The notes under the pieces were generated by a model. That model ran no database searches and was not told the origin of the DNA. It worked only from the letters and a program-made list of their open reading frames with translations. This document shows positions 1 through 7,222 of a DNA stretch of 8,708 bases, one piece after another. The stretch comes from Octopus sinensis (lineage: Eukaryota). The DNA lies in assembly GCF_006345805.1 (NCBI RefSeq), contig NW_021828417.1, forward strand, positions 1 through 8,708, given 5' to 3'. How positions within the stretch are numbered: the stretch's first letter is position 1; every line of letters starts with the position of its first letter. Made by a program: the position numbers and the translations under genes.

Positions 1-60
1 ACATCTTGATTGAAGCATCGGGAGGGAAAAAGCTAAAGAAAGCGTCACATTGAGGCAGCG

Positions 61-84
61 GTGTGTGTGTGTGTGTGTGTGTGT
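61..84. repeat. (GT)n microsatellite
   Basis: Perfect (GT)12 run. Confidence 0.95.
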
Positions 85-113
85 AATTTAACGTTTTCGA
101 ATCCGCGTATATT

Positions 114-200
114 ACTGGTACGATTTTATATTGACCCTGCCACGTAGGAAAAATAACCAAAGCTGACCTCATCAAGATTTGTGACTTAGAGCATCAAAAC
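114..200 (-). mobile_element. Old diverged fragment of SINE family A
   Basis: actggtacgattttatattgaccc...aggaaaataaccaaagctgacctc...gatttgtgacttagag aligns by eye to the reverse complement of the in-window copy 6380-6457 (actggtacttaatttatcggcctc...aggatgaaaggcgaagtcaacctc...gaatttgaacttagaa). Confidence 0.5.
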
Positions 201-279
201 AAGTTGCGAGATGGGAGATGAGGGACTTGTTTAAGGGGCTTATTTAACACTTGACTGTCTTTATCCTTTAGAAGGAAGA

Positions 280-305
280 GGGGGAGGGGGGAGAGGGGGC
301 GAGGG
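280..305 (+). other. Potential G-quadruplex motif
   Basis: GGGGG-A-GGGGGG-AGA-GGGGG-CGA-GGG: four G-runs of at least 3 with 1-3 nt loops. Confidence 0.55.
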
Positions 306-367
306 TAAGTGTCCATTTAACCCTGGGTGTATAGAAAACCTGTAATGTGATAATGACGGGTGGGGTT

Positions 368-390
368 AAGATGAAAGCGAAAGTCGACCC
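368..390 (-). mobile_element. Short SINE family A fragment
   Basis: aagatgaaagcgaaagtcgaccc resembles the reverse complement of 6406-6430 (aggatgaaaggcgaagtcaacct). Short match only. Confidence 0.3.
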
Positions 391-624
391 AGATGAAGTA
401 GGGAGGGTCACTAGTTGGACTGTCACGTGTACACCATGTAGGGCGGTGCTTTATTATTTCTGCTCTTACAACAGGAATTGTTGTTTATGACTTTTGTTTT
501 TGTGTATCTGTCCTCAGTGAGTCGGGGTGCGGGGGGGGGGAGTTTGTACTTTCACATTCTCTTTTGTCACTTCGTCTTAACATCTTAAATTCTTTACCTT
601 CTACTCTCACCACTCCCGTCACCT

Positions 625-850
625 CCTCTCTTCTTCTTCTTCATTTTCGTCTTCTTATTATTATTCTTCTTATTTTTCTTCTTCTTCGCTAAATCCTATC
701 CCCTCCCCCCACCCTCTGCTGTTGTTATAGTTGGATTTCACCCCCCTCCCCCCGTCCCTCACTACCTTATTGTAACGATACCTACTGCTGTTGTTGTTAT
801 TGCTGCTGCTGCTGCTATTGTTGTTGGTTCCATTGTTGCTGTCGTTGCTC
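625..850. repeat. Low-complexity trinucleotide tracts (CTT/ATT; CTG/TTG) and C-runs
   Basis: (CTT)n/(ATT)n at ~628-687, C-runs at 700-758, (CTG/TTG)n at ~786-848. Confidence 0.8.
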
Positions 851-1014
851 CTCATTCGTCCAGTTGGGCTGTCTCTTACTGTCAGTCTTTCCAAACTGGA
901 TTCCAAGTCTGCTACTAACCATTATTTAATCCTTAGGAATGACAGAGAGAACGAGAAAGGCGGAGGAGAGAGGGAGTCGTGGTGAGAGGGAATGGAAGCG
1001 CAAACAAACGCTCT

Positions 1015-1184
1015 ACTTATATACATATATGTGTGTGTGCGCGTGTGTGTATATGCGTGTGAGTGTGTACGTGTGCGTGTGTGCGTGAGCAAGCGTGTGT
1101 GAGCATGTGTGTATAATTCTCTTTCTCCTCTCATTTTCTCTCTCTATGTATGTATGTGTATATATTGTATGCATATACTATATA

Positions 1185-1230
<46 letters not shown>
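1015..1230. repeat. Compound (TG/CG)n, (TATG)n and (TA)n microsatellite
   Basis: Degenerate TG/CG tract at 1030-1112, then a long pure (TA)n at ~1189-1230. Confidence 0.9.
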
Positions 1231-1234
<4 letters not shown>

Positions 1235-1590
1235 CTCCGTCGGTTTCAGCGATGATTATTTAGCTTGTCACTCAACCGAATCACTCGTTTGTTGAATTAA
1301 CGTGTAAGTGGCTGAGAGTTCCTGAATTCTTGACGCATGGCTGCCTTTAATGTAATTCTCAGATGGAATCCGCGTGACGCTTGTGTGCGTCAAGAATCTA
1401 CCTTTGAACAACGACAAGCACGATCCATGTAACGGGCTTCGGTACAGTTTCCGTCTACCCGGTTTCACTCACAATGTCTGCGTCGAAATTAGGCCATACA
1501 AACTGACATTTGCCTATGATGCCGGACACTGGAAGCGAACGCTGAGCCCTGTGATTACGAAACAAACTTCTCTACAATTCGGTCATACTG
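1231..1590 (-). mobile_element. Diverged tRNA-derived SINE, apparently hybrid (family B-like head, family C-like tail)
   Basis: 1231-1410 (tggcctccgtcggtt...aattaacgtgtaagtggctgag...cctttgaa) parallels 1643-1800. 1431-1575 (acgggcttc..cagtttccgtctacc..tcactcacaa..gacatttgcc) parallels 5347-5480. Confidence 0.7.
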
Positions 1591-1642
1591 AGCCTACACA
1601 CCCAAACACCCCCACCCACACATACACACATGCACACACTTA

Positions 1643-1903
1643 TGGCACTCCGTCGGTTGCGACGACGAGTGTTACAGTTGATCCCATGAATGGAACAGAA
1701 TGCTCGTGTAATTACTGTGCAAGTGGCTGAGTACTCCACAGACACGCGTACCCTTAACGTAGGTCAGAGAGTGATCGAACAAGGCTGACCCCCCTTTGAA
1801 TTAGAGGCACAACTCAATTTTGCCTGCTGAGCTGCGAGGACCCAAACTCACGACCTTACGAACGGGAGCCGTATACCGCCACTCACTAAGCTATGCGCCT
1901 TCA
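1643..1903 (-). mobile_element. tRNA-derived SINE family C, with internal deletions
   Basis: Minus-strand 5' end reads tgaaggcgcatagcttagtgagtggcggtatacggctcccgttcgtaaggtcgtgagtttgggtcc, giving an A-box-like tagcttagtg and a decayed B box. Its 3' half matches 1231-1410. It resembles an abundant octopus repeat as I remember it. Confidence 0.75.
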
Positions 1904-2290
1904 TTACACACACACGCGCGCGTAGTATAGCATACCGTTCCTTTGTTGAATGGTCCAGCAAAGTAAAGCATTTTCTACTCTTGAGAGTCATTAATATATT
2001 ATTTACAAGATATCATTTGAGACAAACTGCTCGAGCTTCATGTCATTCCCCCCCCCTTTTTTCTGTCAATTCAGATTTATAAATAAGCAATTTGGCCGCA
2101 TGGGTCGTATTTCAAAACCTAATGGCGAACATTAGTGTGAGAATTCCAAACCTCTCCTCTTCTGGTAAAACAAAACACATTCAACAAAGCAGCGTCGCTT
2201 CATAACAGGACCCGGGCAGATTCTGGATTCAAAGATAAGATCTCATACACATTCAAGACTCGGGAAATGATAGAAATAAGCGCAGTGCGC

Positions 2291-2668
2291 AGGTGCAGGT
2301 GTGACTGTAGGGTAAAACGCTGGCTTGCCAACTACGTAGTTCCGTATTTAGTCTGACTGGGCGAGTGTCTTCTACTACAGCCTCGGACAGACCAAAGCCT
2401 TGTGAGTGGATTTGGTAGACGGAAACTGAAAGAAGCCCGTCATACATATATTTATGTATGTGGGCGTTTGTCCCTCACCAGTGCTTGACAACCGGTGCTG
2501 GTGTGTTTACGTCCCCGTAACCTAGTAGTTCGGCAAAGTACACCGATAGAAAAGGCACCAGGCTTTTTAAAAAGTCCTCGGATCGATTTGTTCGACTAGA
2601 ATCCTTCAAGGCGGGGCCCCAGCATGGCCGTAGTGTAATCCCTGTAACAAGTAAACGATAAAAGATAA
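2291..2668 (+). mobile_element. tRNA-derived SINE family B, near full length
   Basis: Colinear with the in-window copies at 5122-5494 (-) and 6766-7172 (+): gtgtcttctactacagcctcgg..gtgagtggatttggtagacggaaactgaaagaagcccgtc..gcttgacaaccggtg..ttcgacta..cagcatggccg. Confidence 0.9.
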
Positions 2669-2675
2669 GCATAAC

Positions 2676-2752
2676 CATCATCATCATCATCGTCATTATC
2701 ATCATCGTCATCATCATCATCGTCATCATCATCATCGTCATTATCATCATCA
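2676..2752. repeat. (CAT)n trinucleotide repeat with 15-bp higher-order period; (GAT)n on the minus strand
   Basis: CGT variant units at 2691, 2706, 2721 and 2736, exactly 15 bp apart. Confidence 0.95.
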
Positions 2753-2884
2753 CCGCCATTTAACCTGCCTTTTCTATGCCGGTATGGGTTGGACTTGTGT
2801 TAAAAGACTGCGCCAAGCTCTAGTATCTACTTTGGCATGTTTTCTACGACTGGATGCTCTTTCTAACGCGAACCACTTTACCAC
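2753..2884 (-). mobile_element. Probable 3' tail fragment of an RTE-type LINE, ending in the (GAT)n tract
   Basis: catttaacctgccttttctatgccggtatgggttggac...ttctacgactggatgctctttctaacgcgaacc resembles, from memory, the ggatgcccttcctaacgccaacc motif of a common octopus/RTE-associated repeat. RTE elements typically end in short tandem repeats. No alignment was run. Confidence 0.5.
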
Positions 2885-2887
2885 TGA

Positions 2888-3445
2888 AGGAACAATATCC
2901 GAGGCCATCTAGGAGAGCATTTCCCTTGGAGCCATAGATATAGAAAAATATTTATTAGGCGTTCAGTGAAGGTCAGCTTTAGTTCAGGTCCCCCCATGAA
3001 GAAAATAATTTCAAGTAAGCCCACCAACCTGACTATTCCAGACCCTACTTTTGAGAATGCAGATTCTTGCCCATTAGATCAGGCAGCAATATCAGGTGAG
3101 TTGTGCAGAAAGCCGAAGTCACTTAAAACACATTAAATAAACATTGGCATGCGTAAAGGTGGCTTCCAGGAAGTCTTTATAATCAGTCGCCAGTCAAGAA
3201 CACTGACAAAAAATTTCCATGACGTTAGCAAACTACAATTGGAAGTTAAGGGGGCAGCAACATTGCTTACAGCATGAAATGGAGGTTGCTACGTGAATGG
3301 GTCAAATAAATGCATCCTTTGTCTAGCAGAAAGAATACACATCCTGCTAAAATGAAGAGCCACAACAGCTCTTTAAATCCCAGGAATGAGATGTTTCATT
3401 AGATGTATCCACTAAGACAAGTTTATGTTAAATCTCCAGCATCGT
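2888..3445 (+). pseudogene. PLE RT-thumb/linker plus GIY-YIG endonuclease remnant, multiply frameshifted
   Basis: Manual translation gives GEHFPWSHRYRKIFIRRSVKVSFSSGPPMKKIISS (2912-3016); SCPLD (3065-3079); VVQKAEVT (3100-3123, decayed VVY/GIY motif); NIGMRKGGFQ (3140-3169, decayed YIG); TLANYNWKLR (3222-3251); NIAYSMKWRLLRE (3259-3297); NGSNKCILCLAERIHIL (3296-3346); LNPRNEMF (3373-3396); RCIH*DKFML (3401-3430). The order matches the PLE C-terminal pattern KHFP..H...KIFNR.TVK.SYS / CPL / VVY / YIG / LS.YIW.LK / C.LCL.EK / LN.R.E / C.H as I recall it. Confidence 0.85.
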
Positions 3446-4206
3446 GATTACTACACCACAATCCTCCATGCCAACCCTCCTTTTACACATTATATTGCTC
3501 AATGCGCATGCATAACGAACACATCTACATGCCGACATTCTTACGAAATGCCAAAACTATAGGCATAACTGCAAACCACCACCGCTAATACATGCCTATA
3601 TATTTAGAGGTCCAGTCACACAGAGCATCACACATTCCAACAATAAACATAAACACTTAAATTCCACAAAACATAATATATTTACAGAATAAGTTTTTGC
3701 CGAAGAGGTAAACTTTAAATATATTTTCTCTTGTGTCCTTTTGATTCAGCCATCATTTTACGTGTGTCTGTGTAGGCGTAATATATAAATAACTTTCTTG
3801 CATGCTAAAGCTTTTTACTCACATACACTTGTACACACATCTAACTTGCGTCCCACATTGTCGTTGTCTTACCATGGGCTTCACCAACACCTAATCTCTC
3901 ACACTCACATCCTTTCTCCCCTCCTCACATACACTCTTTCTTACCACCCACTTAACGGTTACACACGTACACCAACACCCCACACACACCACCTTCCCTC
4001 TAATCTACAACACTACACGTACACACTACTACACACATATATCTGCTTATAACACGCTTATACTTCCACATGTATACCTGCTCTTTCCTCCATTTTAACT
4101 CCCTTTCCTACAGAATCGTATTCCCACCTGGTTTCTAACTCTTCAGCTGTCTATTCCCTCACTGACTAAATCTCTTTATCTCTTCCTCACTGCTTCTCTT
4201 TTTCTT

Positions 4207-4234
4207 CTGATGAAAGACGAACGTCCGAAACGTT
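4207..4234 (+). ncRNA. Minimal (type I-like) hammerhead ribozyme motif of the PLE, probably degenerate
   Basis: CTGATGA (4207-4213), then AA, a GAC/GAAC/GTC hairpin (stem II, 4216-4225), C, GAAA (4227-4230), C G T T with palindrome AACGTT (4229-4234). Stem I pairing is poor in this copy (only G-U pairs). Confidence 0.65.
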
Positions 4235-4325
4235 GGCGCGTTTTCCCTTTCACTAAATTGTTAAGCTAATAACTTATTTGTTAAAACTTGCCTATCTTGT
4301 ATTGTCAATTATTATTGTTCATTGC

Positions 4326-4327
<2 letters not shown>

Positions 4328-4362
<35 letters not shown>

Positions 4363-4420
4363 GTGTGTGCGTGTGTGTGTGCGTGTGTGTGTGCGTGTGT
4401 GTGTGTGTGTGTATATATGT
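4328..4420. repeat. (TG)n with 12-bp higher-order unit GCGTGTGTGTGT
   Basis: GC interruptions at 4357, 4369, 4381 and 4393, exactly 12 bp apart. Confidence 0.95.
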
Positions 4421-4499
4421 GTATATGCTTATTTCCGGGTAGGTGCATATTTACACACATGAGCGTGTTAAAATTATACATAGCCACCCGTGTATACAT

Positions 4500-4665
4500 C
4501 AAGTCTGTGTGTGTGTGCGTCTCTGTGCATGCTGTGAATGTATGTATGTATGTGTGTGTGTATATATATATAGATATAGATATAGATATATGCAAGCACA
4601 CGCACTCACACATAAACACACATATATGTGTGTATGTAGAGAGAGAGGGAGAGAGAGGAGAAACA
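4500..4665. repeat. Compound TG/TATG/TA/TAGATA/CA/GA microsatellite
   Basis: Successive short simple-repeat blocks. Confidence 0.8.
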
Positions 4666-4677
4666 GACGACTGACAA

Positions 4678-4719
4678 TAGTAGATAGATAATAGATAGAT
4701 AGATAGTAGATAGATAGAT

Positions 4720-4752
<33 letters not shown>

Positions 4753-4805
4753 AGATAGATAATAGATGATAGATAGATAGATAGATAGATTAATAGATAG
4801 ATCGA
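4678..4805. repeat. (TAGA)n / (GATA)n tetranucleotide microsatellite
   Basis: About 125 bp of imperfect TAGA units with TAA interruptions. Confidence 0.95.
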
Positions 4806-5004
4806 TATAATAGTGTAAAGACAGTGAATCTAGATTTTTTTAAAGCCACACCAGCTGACCAACTTTTGGTCTAATTAAACCTTATCAGCGAAATATATTC
4901 AACTGTTTGAAAGGCTAAGCGCAATCAAACATGCGCGCGCACGCACACACCATACACATACATGTATATATAGGTATAAGTATCTATGAAAATAAACATC
5001 ATAT

Positions 5005-5035
5005 ATAATATTATATATATATATATATATATATA

Positions 5036-5067
<32 letters not shown>

Positions 5068-5080
5068 TTATGTATATGTA
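5005..5080. repeat. (TA)n followed by (TATG)n
   Basis: Direct reading of the sequence. Confidence 0.9.
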
Positions 5081-5121
5081 TTGATACTATCTACGGACAT
5101 AAAAAACAATTTAGCAGATGA

Positions 5122-5494
5122 TTACTCTTTTACTTTTTCAGTCATTTGACTGCGGCTATACTGGAGCACCGCCTTTAGTCGAACAAATCAACCCCAGGAC
5201 TTATTCTTTGTTAGCCTAGTACTTTTTCTATCGGTCTCTTTTGCCGAACCGCTAAGTACGGGGGTGTGTGAACACACCAACATCGGTTGAAAGGCGATGG
5301 TGGGGGGACACACAGAGACACACATACATACATATATATATATACGACGGGCTTCTTTCAGTTTCCGTCTACCAAATCCACTCACAAGCCTTTGGTCGGC
5401 CCGAGGCTATAGCAGAAGACACTTGTCCAAGGTGTCACGCAGTGGGACTGAACCCAGAGCCATGTGGTTGGTAAGCAAGCTACTTACCACACTC
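5122..5494 (-). mobile_element. tRNA-derived SINE family B, best-preserved copy
   Basis: Minus-strand head gtgtggtaagtagcttgcttacc...ggttcagtccc (B-box-like, plus-strand 5444-5454), followed by a CORE-like ccttggacaagtgtctt (5417-5433), an internal TA/TG microsatellite, and a tail ending gactgaaaaagtaaaagagt. Colinear with the copies at 2291 and 6766. Confidence 0.92.
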
Positions 5495-5754
5495 AGAACG
5501 TAAAATATTTTTAATTAAATAACAATATGGTCTATTTAATAAACTTTTCGATCATTAGAATAAATATCTTAAATAAAAAAAGGAATGTAAAGAAGACAGA
5601 TCTAAATATATTCCACATCGTAAATATAAATAAGACTGAAGACTCACACAGCTGCAGACCGATTATTTCTGTTTCACTGATTAAATGTGTCATCCAATAT
5701 GATTTCGAAAGAGAATCAGAAACATTATTTGATCCAGTGTTTAAATGTTTTATT

Positions 5755-5785
5755 TAATATGGCCGCCGCCCGTCTTCCGTTTTTT
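5755..5785. promoter_or_regulatory. GC-rich island with YY1-like and ETS-like motifs (candidate only)
   Basis: taatatggccgccgcccgtcttccg reads GCCATATT (YY1-type GCCATNTT) and CGGAAG (ETS-type) on the minus strand, inside otherwise AT-rich, non-repeat DNA. Confidence 0.25.
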
Positions 5786-6317
5786 TATACACAATACTCC
5801 ACCGCTACCAGCAATTTCTTCAATAACAACATCATTAAAGTTAGCTTTAGTTGCAACTAAACTCTAGCGATTCTTCCTGCTAGGATCCATAACAGAACTC
5901 TCAGAAAAACACACAAGATTTTCGATGAAATTCTAAACATAACTGTACAGTCGACGATTTCTCGACTCTGCCAATCAAACGGTTGGATATACATTTCAGA
6001 ATGATACATGTTCATCACGTGGCTTCATTTGACACCATATTGCGAAAGTGAAACAATGACATCGCCGATGAGACATTTTAACCATTTAATGAAAGATAAG
6101 AACGGTCACATTCTCTCTTGATTTATTTCTTTGCAGCAATGTCTAATTGTAATATTATTGACGATAGGCTTTAATAGTACACTCTACAATTAATAGTATT
6201 GTTGCCTATCTGTTATAGTAAACTCTGATTTACACAGTTGCCTAAAATAGTCAATTCTAATATCAATACTATTGGCTATTTTTTAATATCATTCTCTAAT
6301 ATTAATGATACAGATAC

Positions 6318-6532
6318 GGCAGCGAACTGGCAGAGTCGTTAGCACGCCGGGCGAAATGTTTAGCGGTATTTCGACTGTCTTTACATTCTAAGTTCAAATT
6401 CCGCCGAGGTTGACTTCGCCTTTCATCCTTCTGAGGCCGATAAATTAAGTACCAGTTGCGTACTGAGGTCGATCGAATCGACTGGTCCCCTCCCCCAAAA
6501 TTTCGGACCTTCTGCCTAAAGTAGAAAAGAAT
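6318..6532 (+). mobile_element. tRNA-derived SINE family A, full length
   Basis: A-box-like tggcagagtcg (6328-6338), B-box-like gttcaaattc (6392-6401), central cctttcatccttctgaggccgataaattaagtaccag, and tail cccctcccccaaaatttc..tgcctaaagtagaaaagaat. Resembles octopus tRNA-SINEs as I remember them. Confidence 0.9.
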
Positions 6533-6728
6533 CGTTAGCACGCCGGTCCAAATGCTAAACGACATTTCGTCTGTCTTTACATTCTGGGTCCAAATGCCGC
6601 CTTTCATTCTTATCGGAAATCGATAAAAAAAGTAAAAAGAAGTACCATTGAATTACTGGGGACAATGTTATCGACTTATCCCTTCTGAAAAATTGCTGGC
6701 CTCGTGTCATAATTTGAAAGCAATATTA
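6528..6728 (+). mobile_element. Second, more diverged SINE family A copy, head-to-tail with the first
   Basis: agaatcgttagcacgccgg..aaatgcta..atttcgtctgtctttacattctg..ctttcattct..gataaa..aagtacca..tactgggg..atcgactt is colinear with 6331-6530, lacks the 5' end and has an internal deletion. Confidence 0.85.
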
Positions 6729-6765
6729 ACAAAAGTCTATGAATTTTGAAATTTCCGATATATAC

Positions 6766-7172
6766 AAGATGTGTGGCGAGTACTTTGCGTTACAACAACA
6801 TGGTTCCGGTTTCAGTTCTGCCGCGTGGCACCTGGGACAAATGTTGTCTACTATAGACTCGGGCTGACCAGTCTTGCGAGTGGATTTGGTCGACGGAAAC
6901 CGAGAAAAACCCGTCGTATATATATATTTATATATGTGTGTGTGTGTGTATGTCTGTGTGTGTCTGTCTGTCTGTCTGTGTTTGTCATCCACCAACGCTT
7001 GACAACCAGTCTTGATGTGTTTATGTTCCCGAAACTTAACGGTGGGGCAAAAACGATCGATACCAGGCTTTAAACAAATAAGTTCTGGGGTGGACAGATT
7101 CGACTAAAATTCTAGAACCCAGTGCCTCAGCATGGCCGCAATCCAATGACTGAAACAAGAGAAATAAAATAA
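6766..7172 (+). mobile_element. tRNA-derived SINE family B, diverged full-length copy
   Basis: gtgtggcgag..catggttccggtttcagttc..cgtggcacctgggacaaatgt..ctactatagactcggg..gagtggatttggtcgacggaaac..cccgtcgtata..gcttgacaacc..ttcgactaaa..cagcatggccgca..aatgactgaaacaag; colinear with the copies at 2291 and 5122. Confidence 0.9.
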
Positions 7173-7204
<32 letters not shown>

Positions 7205-7222
7205 CATACATATATATATATT
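7173..7222. repeat. (TG)n followed by (TA)n
   Basis: Direct reading of the sequence. Confidence 0.9.

Larger units (their letters stand above)
2888..4325 (+). mobile_element. 5'-truncated, decayed Penelope-like retroelement (EN+ PLE): ORF C-terminus, 3' region and pseudo-LTR with hammerhead-like motif
   Basis: Protein remnant at 2888-3445, a CA- and pyrimidine-rich tail at ~3450-4200, and a CTGATGA...GAAAC core at 4207-4231. The element ends against a (TG)n tract at 4328. The 3' boundary is approximate. Confidence 0.8.

Noticed and set aside
1374-1730. 118-aa ORF on the plus strand
   Set aside because: It spans antisense SINE fragments and a CA repeat, with no recognisable domain.
2045-2170. 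Plus-strand splice acceptor (pyrimidine tract + TTCAG at ~2073); similar site TTTTACAG at 8222
   Set aside because: No convincing downstream donor or recognisable peptide. Such motifs are frequent in AT-rich DNA.
2888-3700. Selenoprotein-type PLE (UGA recoding with SECIS)
   Set aside because: The conserved Cys positions are TGC/TGT, the TGA codons fall at non-Cys positions in a frameshifted relic, and no SECIS-like structure was seen.
3700-3725. Possible second degenerate hammerhead (CCGAAGA-GGTAAACTT-TAAA-TATATT, with palindrome AATATATT)
   Set aside because: Two catalytic-core substitutions (U4 and G12) and no convincing stem I or II. Only a family consensus could rescue it.
4288-4691. 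ORF-track proteins rich in CV/HT/YI repeats (also 922-1295, 8175-8690 and others)
   Set aside because: These are translations of dinucleotide microsatellites and carry no coding signal.
5846-5861. Perfect 16-bp palindrome TTTAGTTGCAACTAAA
   Set aside because: One such AT-rich palindrome in 8.7 kb is plausible by chance, and nothing else supports a function.
6318-6405. tRNA gene
   Set aside because: A/B-box-like motifs are present but there is no cloverleaf, and the sequence continues into a repeated SINE body. It is a SINE head; the same applies to 5440-5494 and 1840-1903.
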